Below are positions 24,501 to 37,080 of a stretch of DNA of 64,000 nucleotides, piece by piece. The position numbers and the translations under genes are program-made. The notes under the pieces are model-generated. The model saw nothing but the letters and a program-made list of their open reading frames with translations. It had not been told where the DNA came from and did not search any database. How positions within the stretch are numbered: position 1 is the stretch's first letter; each line of letters starts with the position of its first letter. This DNA is from Paraspadella gotoi (lineage: Eukaryota; Animalia; Chaetognatha). The stretch spans positions 3,175,476-3,239,475 of the forward strand of contig JBJCIZ010000239.1 of the NCBI GenBank assembly GCA_051294375.1, in the 5' to 3' direction.

Positions 24501-24815
24501 NNNNNNNNNNNNNNNTAGACTCTCCTCCCACAACCCGCAACCAACAATCCCGGTTTCTGTCCACAATCGACCACCAATAAAACTCACCCCCCTTCCCCCC
24601 CCTCAAAAAAAAAGGCGGAGCTTTCGTTCCTCCCGCCGCGAGAACCGCAGCCTCTCGAAGACGCGGATTCGTTGAAGGCCGAGTTGCGGCGTAGACGACG
24701 AACTGGGGCGAAAAGAGAGAGCGAGCGGAAAATCGTGGAGCGACATCTGCGAGACTGAGGGGATTGCATTCGCGCCTCTTTTGGGGGAAGGGTGATCTGA
24801 GAGGAGTTTTTTTGA
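21574..24815 (+). CDS. Long coiled-coil protein, family unassigned; multi-exon, with further exons probably upstream to about 19190
   Basis: Exons 21574-21826, 21911-22089, 22241-22420, 22556-22774, 22893-23024, 23102-23194, 23255-23353, 23641-23976, 24168-24365 and 24615-24815; all GT-AG, nearly all phase 0. E/K/R/A/L-rich heptad sequence such as MERLGLAEEERDNLEATLQLVRGEKTSLER and VLRENAALRSRARAL. Indel errors affect the exons at 22893 and 24615. Candidate upstream exons at about 19190-19390, 19638-19697, 19795-19890, 20022-20240 and 20678-20905. Confidence 0.85.
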
Positions 24816-25751
24816 TGGAGAAGAGAAAAATGGGAAAGATGAAGATTCACGTTGTTTCGAACTTGTTCGCGTAACGGGAATTTTTCGTTTAAAAAGCGTC
24901 ATACAAAATCATAACGCGTTTGAACTCAAGGGTTTATTTCTTTTGGAAGGGTTGTGGCGGCAAGCGATTCCTATTCGCGTCTTGGAGGGTCACCGCGTGT
25001 AGAAGAGACTAGGTGTTCATCGTTAACTAGGCTTGGGCACGCTAGCTGTGAGATTCCTAATAATTGTGCGCTCAGAAAAACGGTTAAAATCTTTGGTGCC
25101 ATTTTTATGAAGGAAAATTTTTGGAGGTCCAGGAAATTTGATTCGCGTGTGATGGTTTGGAAGAAAAAAAGTCCGTTAACTTTCAGGTGAGAGTCGAGAG
25201 CGCCGCGAGAACCGCCGCCTCTCGAAGACGGCGGATTCGTTGAAGGCCGAGTTGGCGGCGTCGACGACGAACTGGGGCGAAGAGAGAGCGAAGCGGGAAA
25301 ATCTGGAGCGACATCTGGCGAGACTGAGGGGATTGCATTCGCGCCTCTTCTTGGGGGAAGGGGATCTGAGAAGGAGTTTTTCTTGATGGAGAGAAGAAAA
25401 TGGGAAAGATGAGATTCACGTGTTTGAACTTGTTCGCGTAACGGGATTTTCGTTTTAAAAGCGTCATTACAATCATAACGCGTTTGATCAAGGGTTTATT
25501 TCTTTTGGAAAGGGTTGTGGCGGCAAGCGATTCCTATTCGCGTCTTGGAGGGTCACGCGTGTAGAGAGACTAGGTGTTCATCGTACTAGTAGCTTGGGCA
25601 CGCTACTGTGAGATCCTAATAAGTTGTGCGCTCAGAACGGTTAAACTCTTTGGTGCCATTTTATGAAAAGGAAAATTGGAGCGTCAGGAATTTGATTCGC
25701 GTGTGATGGTTTGGAAAGAAAAAAAGTCGTTACTTCATGAGAGTCGAGAGC
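24631..25751. repeat. About 560-bp tandem duplication of the last exon and 3' UTR
   Basis: 24631-25200 and 25201-25751 are near-identical apart from indels and sit between two N gaps; probably an assembly overlap. Confidence 0.85.
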
Positions 25752-25777
25752 ATCTGGACGTTTAATAATAAAAAAAA

Positions 25778-26445
25778 NNNNNNNNNNNNNNNNNNNNNNN
25801 NNNNNNNNNNNNNNNNNNNNNNNNNNNNNNNNNNNNNNNNNNNNNNNNNNNNNNNNNNNNNNNNNNNNNNNNNNNNNNNNNNNNNNNNNNNNNNNNNNNC
25901 CCCCCCCTCAGCGTGAGCGGTCGCGCTTTTCGAATCAACCAACTTTTGTCTTCGTTTATTCGCATCGATGGAAACCCCTGGCCCCCTGGCTCCCTCGNNN
26001 NNNNNNNNNNNNNNNNNNNNNNNNNNNNNNNNNNNNNNNNNNNNNNNNNNNNNNNNNNNNNNNNNNNNNNNNNNNNNNNNNNNNNNNNNNNNNNNNNNNN
26101 NNNNNNNNNNNNNNNNNNNNNNNNNNNNNNNNNNNNNNNNNNNNNNNNNNNNNNNNNNNNNNNNNNNNNNNNNNNNNNNNNNNNNNNNNNNNNNNNNNNN
26201 NNNNNNNNNNNNNNNNNNNNNNNNNNNNNNNNNNNNNNNNNNNNNNNNNNNNNNNNNNNNNNNNNNNNNNNNNNNNNNNNNNNNNNNNNNNNNNNNNNNN
26301 NNNNNNNNNNNNNNNNNNNNNNNNNNNNNNNNNNNNNNNNNNNTTTTTTTCATTCAAATATATAATTTGTTTGTTTTTATTTACATCCGGGTTTCCACGC
26401 GACGAAGAAAGAAAGACGGTAACTAGGCAACGGAAGTCGCGAATT

Positions 26446-26483
<38 letters not shown>

Positions 26484-27308
26484 NNNNNNNNNNNNNNNNN
26501 NNNNNNNNNNNNNNNNNNNNNNNNNNNNNNNNNNNNNNNNNNNNNNNNNNNNNNNNNNNNNNNNNNNNNNNNNNNNNNNNNNNNNNNNNNNNNNNNNNNN
26601 NNNNNNNNNNNNNNNNNNNNNNNNNNNNNNNNNNNNNNNNNNNNNNNNNNNNNNNNNNNNNNNNNNNNNNNNNNNNNNNNNNNNNNNNNNNNNGAAGATC
26701 GGCTTTTTCTTTATTCTTTTTCTTTTTCTTTTCGTTTCCAAGGAATTTCTTTCATTCGCGGTTTTATCTTTGTTGTTGTGANNNNNNNNNNNNNNNNNNN
26801 NNNNNNNNNNNNNNNNNNNNNNNNNNNNNNNNNNNNNNNNNNNNNNNNNNNNNNNNNNNNNNNNNNNNNNNNNNNNNNNNNNNNNNNNNNNNNNNNNNNN
26901 NNNNNNNNNNNNNNNNNNNNNNNNNNNNNNNNNNNNNNNNNNNNNNNNNNNNNNNNNNNNNNNNNNNNNNNNNNNNNNNNNNNNNNNNNNNNNNNNNNNN
27001 NNNNNNNNNNNNNNNNNNNNNNNNNNNNNNNNNNNNNNNNNNNNNNNNNNNNNNNNNNNNNNNNNNNNNNNNNNNNNNNNNNNNNNNNNNNNNNNNNNNN
27101 NNNNNNNNNNNNNNNNNNNNNNNNNNNNNNNNNNNNNNNNNNNNNNNNNNNNNNNNNNNNNNNNNNNNNNNNNNNNNNNNNNNNNNNNNNNNNNNNNNNN
27201 NNNNNNNNNNNNNNNNNNNNNNNNNNNNNNNNNNNNNNNNNNNNNNNNNNNNNNNNNNNNNNNNNNNNNNNNNNNNNNNNNNNNNNNNNNNNNNNNNNNN
27301 NNNNNNNN
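25778..27308. other. Cluster of assembly gaps
   Basis: N runs at 25778-25899, 25998-26343, 26484-26693 and 26782-27308. Other gaps: 8937-8961, 24491-24515, 31132-31156 and 52679-52703 (each 25 N), plus 17377-17476, 19414-19542, 36040-36260 and 54380-55092. Confidence 0.98.
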
Positions 27309-28189
27309 CCTCTGTCTTCCTTCGCGCGCCGTTCGGAGATTCGAACCCCGGACCTTCTCAAGACTCTTCATGCAAATTAATTTCCTCTTTTCACCGAACC
27401 CGGCAACGAAATTGACAACGAACGGGATCATCAAAATACACATCAATTCAGCGGGTCGAATCTTTTCTTCTCTTTTCTTTCTCTTTTCTTTCTCTTTTCT
27501 TTCTCTTTTCTTCTCTTTTCAACCCATGAATATAGAGTAGAAACTCACGCGCAGAAAGATTTTGGCGAAAGAATTAAGATTGTGATTCAAACGTCGTTCG
27601 AAAAAAAGGAATAATGAATTAATGAGTTTCACGTAATTAATGCAACTTTAAATGAGAGTTTTTAGTCAATCATCTCGGGTCATTCACCGCTTGTTGATTG
27701 ATTGATTGATTGTTTGATTGATCGATTGATGGCCGATCTTGTAGATTGTTTCCTCATTGTGATTTTGTGGATCGTATGTTTTCACTGGTTGACGCTTTAG
27801 ATTCAATGTAAAAATATCTAAATAGTGAAGAGCGCCGTGGGTGACTTTCTAATCGAGCACAGAAACGTCAACAAAGACNNNNNNNNNNACCAGCGGCGTA
27901 CGACTTTTAATAACCGTCGAAGACAAACGAAAAATAATAAAAAAAAAAGAGAAAGAAACAAAGAAAAATTGGAAACTGAGTTCCTTTTATTTGTCTCCTT
28001 CTCCGTTTCTTTGTTTTCTACTCTCCTTCTCTCTCCTTCTTCATTCTTTTTTTCGTTGTCTTTATTTCTTTGTCTCTTTCTCCTTCTCTTTAATTTTTTT
28101 TGTCTCCTTCTCTTTTTCCCCTTCTTCTCTTTGTCTCTCCCTTCGCCTTATTCCTTCGCCGAGGGTCCTCTCGAGTGGCTTTATTAATC

Positions 28190-28228
<39 letters not shown>

Positions 28229-28937
28229 AAAGAGGAGATTTCTTCTCTTGATTAATAATCATAAGCTCGCGTCACTTCAGTTTTTTTTTCATTTCTTTTC
28301 TTTCTTTTCTTTCCTTTCTTTTTTTCTTTTTCTTTTCTTTCTTTTTCGGCCTCTTAACTCTGACATCTGGCGAAATGTCTCAGCCTGTTAATCGCAATAT
28401 CAGTCAGTCGAGGATCGAGTCATTGAATCAAAGAAACAAGTGAGCAACGGGGAGATCACCCAAGAAAACTTATATCTAATTTTAATATTAAGTCAATTTT
28501 ATTTATTTTTTTCACTGCTGAATATTTTTTCTCAGGTACTCTGAATAAAATTGCGCTTCATTAGTATAAATTAACAAACGTTTTATTTATTGAAAAGAAA
28601 AAGTAAAAGCGTAAGTTATAAAAAATTATGAATTTTTAGTTAAATTGGATCCATTTGAGTTGGACTCTTAGTTATAGTTGATAAAAATCTGAGAGAAAAT
28701 CCGAGAAAGATTTTAAAGGGTGGATTTTAAAATTAGGAAAGATGCGGTTAGATCAATGGGACGGCAGTGAAGGGTAGATTTAGAAAATAAAGGGTGAGAG
28801 AGAGATTTTCGCCGCCGTCTGCGTCTCCGCCGCCGCCACTTTGAAGAGGCCCCCTCGATTAGAAGGCTAACGAGCGGATCGGGGGATTCAAAAGCATACG
28901 GGCGCATTCATTGCCCTTGCATCTTATATTAGGGTTA

Positions 28938-28968
<31 letters not shown>

Positions 28969-29599
28969 TTTGTTGTTGTTATTGGGCCGCTAATCGTTGG
29001 ATCAGTTGACGTCTTGAGATGTCGAAGTCGAAGTCAGCGTCTGAGGACGACGACGACGACGACGACGACGATAACGACGACGACGACATTGACGATCGGT
29101 GACGCGTGAAAAGAGAAGATTGCGTCGAAAATCGATGAGACAATCGAATCGAGAAACGGAGATTCGCATTCGAACCGGGTGCGCGATCTGTCGGAGAGAA
29201 AAGTAAACAAAAACTGTCAAACAAATGTGAAATAAAAAAAAGAATATATTATTTTATATATATATATATATTATATATAAACTTGAAATTTGAAGTTAAA
29301 AAAGGGAGAGAAAAAGGGAGAAGAAGATAGAGTGAGAGAGAGAGAGAGAGTTTGACTGAAGTTCATAATAATGCAGAGAGCCACCAAACAAATAAAGATA
29401 ATAATTTAAAAAAAACAATTAAATCGGAACGAACAATTTCGAAAATTTCCAAACCAACCGAATCGGAAAGAAAGTATTACTCCCCAAAAAATGACGTCAG
29501 TTTTCGTCGGACAAATAAATTTTGTAAATTGTGTCTCTCAAGGTCACGTGACAAATGAAAAATTCTATCTCGAGTCTTTTTTCGATTCCATCTCTGCTC

Positions 29600-29950
29600 A
29601 TTTCCTCTTTTCTTTCTTTTTTCTTTCTTTTTCTTTTTTCCTTTTTTCCTTTTTTCTTTCTTTTTCTTTTTTTCTTTTTTTCTTTAATTTTTCTCCCTTT
29701 TTCTCCTTTTTTCCCATTTTTTTCTTTTCTTTCTTTTCTCTTTTACTTTTTCTTCTTTTCTTTTTCCCTTTTTTCTTTAATTTTCCTCCCTTTTTCTCCT
29801 TTTTTCCATTTTCTTCTTTTCTTTCTTTTCTTTTTTCCTTTTTTTTTCCTTTTTCCATTTTTCTCCTTTTTTCCCATTTTCTTCTTTTCTTTCTTTTCTT
29901 TTTTCCTTTTTCTTCTTTTTTTTTCCTTTCTTTTTTCCTTTGTTTCTCTT
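29600..29950. repeat. Polypyrimidine low-complexity tract with internal ~70-bp duplications
   Basis: Almost pure T/C, with TTTCTCCTTTTTTCCCATTTT-type blocks repeated. Confidence 0.85.
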
Positions 29951-30471
29951 AATCTAATCCTCCTCCGATTTTACTCCACAGGATTTCCCTTTCAACTTCT
30001 CTTTCTTTTCTGAAATCATGAAAAAAATTTGACTTGGATGATATTGATGAAGACGACGACGACGACGTCGACGTCAACGAAGACGACGACAATGACGACG
30101 ATGAAGACGACGATGACAAACTTACCATTGACAACGATTTTAACTAATACAAAACTAAAGAGAATAAAGAAATTGAGAAAACGAACAAAATCACCATGAC
30201 GACGACGACGACGAAAAAGAAACAATTATAAAACGACACAAATTACAGGTGCGAAAGAAAAAATCGTGTTAATGATAAGCCACAACCGCTCCCGCCGCAG
30301 CAGCGGCAGCCAGCGCCGCCGTCAAAAATGATAACATCTAATCACGCCTTCAGTGACACGCGTCGTCGTCGTCGTCGTCGTCGTCTTTTCATCCTCAGTC
30401 GGTGAAAAGGGAAGCAGTGAGGCTGAAGTAAGTGATTCTGATCCCCGAAATCATCCAAGGGATCAAGATCT

Positions 30472-30516
<45 letters not shown>

Positions 30517-31099
30517 CGTTCCGCTTATAATCTTCGACGAGAATCCGTAACGTCAACACGTCACATATAATTAAAGGATTGTTGTCAGTGAAAACAATCT
30601 CGATTGCTCCCGGGATTCGAACCTGGAACCTGAGAGATTTCGGTCCAGCGAACAAACGGAGACGTCTCCGCCCTCGTTGGCGGGGATCGATCCGGGGACC
30701 CGGAGATGACGGGACGGGGATGTGTTTATTTGGAGTCGCGATACGGTCTAATTGGCGGGAGAGATTTTTTCTAGCGCGAGAAAATAGGGTGTACTATAAT
30801 TAAATATTTGTTATAAATATAAAAATACAAAAAAATAATAATGGAAAATGATTAAAAAAAAGAAACCTGTAAGTATAAAATCCCTTTAATTTTTAACTTT
30901 TCCACATTTTAATAAAATTTGTTTTCAAATCGAAACTGTTTATCGATTATTTTATCTCGATTTTGTTTCAAATGAAAAACAAAAAAAAACCAAAAAAAAA
31001 TATTTATCTTAATTTTGAGTCATCGTAATTTTTTTTCATTTTCTTGTTACTCATTTGAATATAGTAAATTGAATCTTTCTCTCTTTTTCTATCTTTTAT

Positions 31100-31131
<32 letters not shown>

Positions 31132-31193
31132 NNNNNNNNNNNNNNNNNNNNNNNNNTCTTTTCTTTCTTTCTTTCTTTTTCTTTTGTCTTTCT

Positions 31194-31224
<31 letters not shown>

Positions 31225-31235
31225 TTCTTTCTGTT

Positions 31236-31308
31236 CCCCCCCTTATCCCGCTTTACCCCCTCCCAAGTTTCGTCTCCCTCCTTGCGGAGATTTTCACGCC
31301 ATCTTTGA

Positions 31309-31339
<31 letters not shown>

Positions 31340-31431
31340 GCGGTCGGTGTCGGTCGTCACCCTCTCGTCACCCAATTAAATCAAATCTTACCGCCTTGCG
31401 ATTTTTTGAAAAGAGAGAGAGAGAGAAGAGG

Positions 31432-31476
<45 letters not shown>

Positions 31477-31590
31477 GACAGAGACAGAGAGAGAGAAATA
31501 GCATCCCGAGGATTGAGATACTTTTAATTCCAAAATCCAATTCTTCTTGTGACTTTTTCCAAATCAACTTCCTTCGCCCAAGGCGTCGTG

Positions 31591-31623
<33 letters not shown>

Positions 31624-32504
31624 AACACTGTCCGAGGCATCGATGACAAGATAATCCAGTTCTGTCTAAAGATTCGAATCGAAGCGAAATTCGAATTCAA
31701 TTCGCCCGCCTTTCTAATTGGGGAAAATCGCTTCTTCTTTTTCGTCTTACTGTTCTGAATATTGTTATTCTGTTTATATTGTCCTTTTGTTGGGATGATA
31801 AGGATACGCATTTAACGAGTGTATTTCCATACTTTTAATATCAATTAGAATATCTCAAAAGGTTACAAATGAAGAGAATTAAAAAAAAAAGTACGATAGA
31901 TTCTCACTTTAGTCAAGGACTATGTTTTGCACGAAACGTGTTTACCTTTTCCGACTCATGATTGCCAACTTGCCGAGCTTTTTCCGACCCCAACTCCGAA
32001 AAAAAAAAAAACTGTCAACGCGCCGATACAGTCGCGAAATTCTTATCCCCCCCCCCTCTCTCCCCTTAACTGCAGTACGGGCTAAAGGAACTTCATTGTA
32101 TTTATTCTTTACGTTTATCGAACAAAACCAAAAAAAAAAAAAAGAAAGAAAAAATATTAATTTATATATCCAGACTTTTACGCGTTTTGCCTTCTCTGTC
32201 TTCGAAATCCGAAACCTTAAATCGCCGTTTGACGATAACTTTTTTTTTTCATCTTTGAACCGAAAAAAAGAAGAAAAACGATAAGAGATAAACTTCGATG
32301 TTTTCGTCGTCGTCGTCGTCGTCGTCGTCCGTCGTCGTCGTCGTCGGCGTCGTCGGCGTCGACTCAAAAAGCATAAAAGGCGGTTTTTTGTGGCCGAAAC
32401 ATCGTAAGTGTCACGTCCGGCTTCTTTTCTTTGTTATTTTTTTTCTCTCTCTTGGTTTTTTTTTTTCAAGGCCAAAAAAAAAGAAGAATATAACTGGAGG
32501 TCGA

Positions 32505-32568
<64 letters not shown>

Positions 32569-32627
32569 CTCTCTTCTATTTATTTCTCTCTCTCTCTTTC
32601 TCTCTCTCTCTCTCACTCTCTCTCTCA

Positions 32628-32667
<40 letters not shown>

Positions 32668-33249
32668 CTCTCACCGTACTATTGTGTTTTTTTTTTTTTA
32701 AACCGGATCCGCTTGTACGATAAAAAACAAGAAGAGTCTCCCCGTAAAATTCGGTCTCCTTGACTTTTACGATTTTTTTTTCCCCGTCAATTTTTTTTTT
32801 TTTTCGTCGACGGTGAGATCGAAATCCGATGATCGGATTCGAAACCGAGACCTTGGTGTCGTGCTCGGAACGAGTCGACAGAAGTGTTAGAATGAATTTA
32901 GGTTACATAAGTATACAAAATAATATTATATATAATACCCTACCCTAAAAGAAAAAATTTCCTTTCATTCAACATTGTGGGTTAATGACTTCATCACTCG
33001 CACCAATATAGAAAATTATCCATTCATTTAACAAATAAGCTATCTTTCCCTGACCCCCCCTTATCCCGCTTTACCCCCTCCCAAGTTTCGTCTCCCTCCT
33101 TGCGGGAGATTTTCACGCCATCTTTGACGTCGTCGTCGTCGTCGTCGTTGTCGTCGCGTCGGTGTCGCTCGTCACCCTCTCGTCACCCAATTAAATCAAA
33201 TCTTCCGCCTTGCGATTTTTGAAAAGAGAGAGAGAGAGAGAGAGAGGAG

Positions 33250-33289
<40 letters not shown>

Positions 33290-34093
33290 GAGAAATAGCA
33301 TCCCGAGGATGAGATACTTTTAATTCCAAAATCCAATTTCTTCTTGTGACTTTTTCCAAATCAACTTCCTTCGCCCAAGGCGTCGTGGACGACGACGACG
33401 ACGACGACGACGACAACGACTGTCCGAGGCATCGATGACAAGATAATCCAGTTTCTGTCTAAAGATTCGAATCGAAGCCGGAAATTCGAATTCAAATTCG
33501 CCCGCCTTTTCTAATTGGGGGAAAATCGCTTTTTCTTTTTCGTCTTACTGTTCTGAATATTGTTATTCTGTTTATATTGTCCTTTTGTTGGGATGATAAG
33601 GATACGCATTTAACGAGTGTATTTCCATACTTTTAATATCAATTAGAATATCTCAAAAGTATACAAATGAAGAGAATTAAAAAAAAAGTACGATAGATTC
33701 TCACTTTTAGTCAAGGACTATGTTTTGCACGAACGTGTTTACCTTTTCCGACTCATGATGCCAACCTTGGCCGAGCTTTTCCGACCCAACTCCGAAAAAA
33801 AAAAACTGTCAACGCGCCGATACAGTCGCGAAATTCTTATCCCCCCCCCTCTCTCCCCTTAACTGCAGTACGGGCTAAAGGAACTTCATTGTATTTATTC
33901 TTTACGTTCTATCGAACAAAACCAAAAAAAAAAAAGAAGAAAAAAATATTAATTTATATATCCAGACTTTTACGCGTTTTGCTTCTCTGTCTTCGAAATC
34001 CGAAACCTTAAATCGCCGTGACGATAACTTTTTTTTTTCATCTTTGAACCGAAAAAAAAGAAGAAAAACGATAAGAGATAAACTTCGATGTTT

Positions 34094-34138
<45 letters not shown>

Positions 34139-34504
34139 GCGTCGTCGGCGTCGACTCAAAAAGCATAAAGGCGGTTTTTGTGGCCGAAACATCGTAAGTG
34201 TCACGTCGGCTTCTTTTCTTTGTTATTTTTTTTTCTCTCTCNNNNNNNNNNGTCGACGGTTGAGATCGAAATCGCGATGATCGGGATTCGAACCCGAGAC
34301 CTTGGTGTCGTGCTCGGAACGAGTCGACAGAAGTGTTAGAATGAATTTAGGTTACATAAGTATACAAAATAATATGTATATATAATACCCTAACCCTAAA
34401 AGAAAAAATTTCCTTTCATTCAACATTGTGGGTTAATGACTTCATCACTCGCAACCAATATAAAAATTATCCATTCATTTAACAAATAAGCTATCTTTCC
34501 CCTG
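31236..34504. repeat. About 1.8-kb tandem duplication (31236-33053 versus 33054-34504)
   Basis: Both copies begin CCCCCCCTTATCCCGCTTTACCCC and end AATAAGCTATCTTTCCC(C)TGA. The second copy has an N gap in place of the (CT)n block. Confidence 0.9.
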
Positions 34505-34700
34505 ACTTTGGACAGGCTTTGGCGGTTTAAGGCCTCCATCACTCTTACAAGATAATAACAGAGCAGGTCCCTGCAAGCTTTCAATCTAGACTCTCTCACA
34601 GTCTCGTTTATTCACTCCCAGAGTACCTGGCTTCCCTATCAATGAAGTAGTATAATACTTCAAAGAATGTTTCAATTATATGAAAAGAACACTCACTTAA
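34453..34700 (-). mobile_element. Unclassified structured repeat, copy 3
   Basis: Reverse complement of 6621-6865, ending next to a (TA)n run at about 34700-34720. Confidence 0.75.
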
Positions 34701-35430
34701 GTATATTATATATATATATCAGCTTATTAGACATTATGTTTTTACGAATCCTAAAAGAATGACTAATTATCGATTTGAAATTTTATAGTATTACTATTAT
34801 TAAAGTTGTATTGAGCAGGTACAATCTATACAATGGCAAAATATATCAATTTAATTTTAAAGCCGTAGAGTAATAATTTTCAGACTCAGTAATCATTATT
34901 TCAAAGACGAAACTCAACCTTAAACAAAATCGCCAATTGTGCTCGTCGTTGGTCAACCATCGAAGCCGAGAAAGGACCGCAACTGGGCGACAAATGGACC
35001 ATAAACTGACAAAGGGACCGCAAATCGTCTTCATCGACTTTGGCTACGATTCTGCGGGATTGTTTACTAAGAGAGTGGAACCGTTCAATGATCGGGGAAT
35101 CAATGGAATAAGATGAAATTGGGAATTTAGATAAATCAGTAAAATTAGTTTAATATCATATAATAACTACTTTAGTTAGAACTACAATAATCAGGAGAGA
35201 AATCATGAAAGTTTAGTACAAATTTGAATCATGACAGACAAAGTCATTGATTGTCTGACTAAACATTGATTTGACTGCTCATTCCAAACTGTGACTCATG
35301 AAAGAATTTTCACGCCAAACCGACCCTTGGACAATGTTGACACGACGACGACGAAGATAACTGCAACAAAGGCAACACTATTGCCTTGGTTCCCTTTTGA
35401 GTCGGTGACGAGTATATAGATTGCCCACCA

Positions 35431-35506
<76 letters not shown>

Positions 35507-35634
35507 TCTCTTTTCTCTCTCTCTTTTCTCTCTCTTCTTTTCTTTCTCTCTCTCTTTTATTCTGTTTTCATAATTGGGGGAAGAGTGCAAAACCCCTTAG
35601 TTGTGAGAATCACCTTGAAACTTTGGGGGTTTAC

Positions 35635-35678
<44 letters not shown>

Positions 35679-36414
35679 TTCTCTCTCACTCTCTCTCTCT
35701 CTCTCTCTGCTCTCTCTCTCTTCTCTCTCTTCTCTCTCTCTCACTCTCACTCCATTTTTAAATTTAATTTCCCAATTTATCTATATAAACACACACACAC
35801 ACACAAAACAAAAGATAATAAACAATGCCAGAGGCAAACAGAACTAAACGTGAAAAAATATTGTGGTTTCATCGATCGATTTGTTGCGAACAAAAAGACA
35901 ACGGATGAAATAAAAAAAGAATCGGGGGGGGGGGAGAAAACAAAAGAGAGAAAAAGAAAAAGAAAAAACAAAAAGTTCCTTTTTTTTCTTTTCTTTAGGT
36001 TTTTTTTTTTTATACTTTTATTTGAAAAATCTCTTCTTTNNNNNNNNNNNNNNNNNNNNNNNNNNNNNNNNNNNNNNNNNNNNNNNNNNNNNNNNNNNNN
36101 NNNNNNNNNNNNNNNNNNNNNNNNNNNNNNNNNNNNNNNNNNNNNNNNNNNNNNNNNNNNNNNNNNNNNNNNNNNNNNNNNNNNNNNNNNNNNNNNNNNN
36201 NNNNNNNNNNNNNNNNNNNNNNNNNNNNNNNNNNNNNNNNNNNNNNNNNNNNNNNNNNNNTAAATATGTTGAATGCAATCATTAAACTAGGACACGAGCA
36301 GCAATTTTATTTGAATTTAGAGAAGACAGAGACAGAGACAGAGACAGAGACAGACAGAGAAAAAGAAAGAAAGAAATAAATAAAAAAAAGAAAGAAAGAA
36401 AGAAAAAGAAAGAA

Positions 36415-36446
<32 letters not shown>

Positions 36447-36542
36447 AAAGAAAGAAGAAAGAAAAGAAGAAGAAAAAAAAAAAGAAAAGAAAGAAAAAGT
36501 CATATCCTCCCACGTCTTGGCGAATTCCATTCTCCACGTCTC

Positions 36543-36608
<66 letters not shown>

Positions 36609-36772
36609 GTCTCTTCTCTCTCTCTCTACTCTCTCCCAATAAATTACCAGATACTGTTTTAACGCATCCAGACAACACTTCCAATATCGAAGCCGAAACA
36701 CGTCGCCGTCTTAACAATTTAAAATTCCCCCACGTAATTTGGGACGAACGACCCCGTCTCGTCGTTCGTCGT

Positions 36773-36806
<34 letters not shown>

Positions 36807-36828
36807 TAAAAACTTTCGCGGCGTCCCC

Positions 36829-36862
36829 GTGACGTCACAGGGAGGCGTGGCAGGGGGGCGGG
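36829..36862. promoter_or_regulatory. CRE palindrome plus GC box in a CpG-rich island
   Basis: GTGACGTCAC at 36829-36838, followed by GGCGTGGC and GGGGCGGG. Motif match only; no linked gene found. Confidence 0.3.
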
Positions 36863-36911
36863 ACAGAACATCGGGCGCCGCTGGGATCAAAGGCCCCGGC
36901 GCCGACGACAC

Positions 36912-36952
<41 letters not shown>

Positions 36953-37049
36953 TATCTCCGCTTCGAAATTCATCTTCCTTCTCGTTTATTATCTTCAAAA
37001 TTTATGAAGATTCGAAGAAAAATTCGTGTTTTTCTGGTGACGAATTTGA

Positions 37050-37080
<31 letters not shown>

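Noticed and set aside
25730-27446. Long ORFs up to 496 aa, also at 35850-36285 and 54310-55281
   Set aside because: They are open only because they cross N gaps.
24631-34504. Tandem duplications (24631-25751 and 31236-34504) as real alternative last exons or segmental duplications
   Set aside because: Both lie close to N gaps and differ mainly by indels, as expected for gap-filling overlaps.
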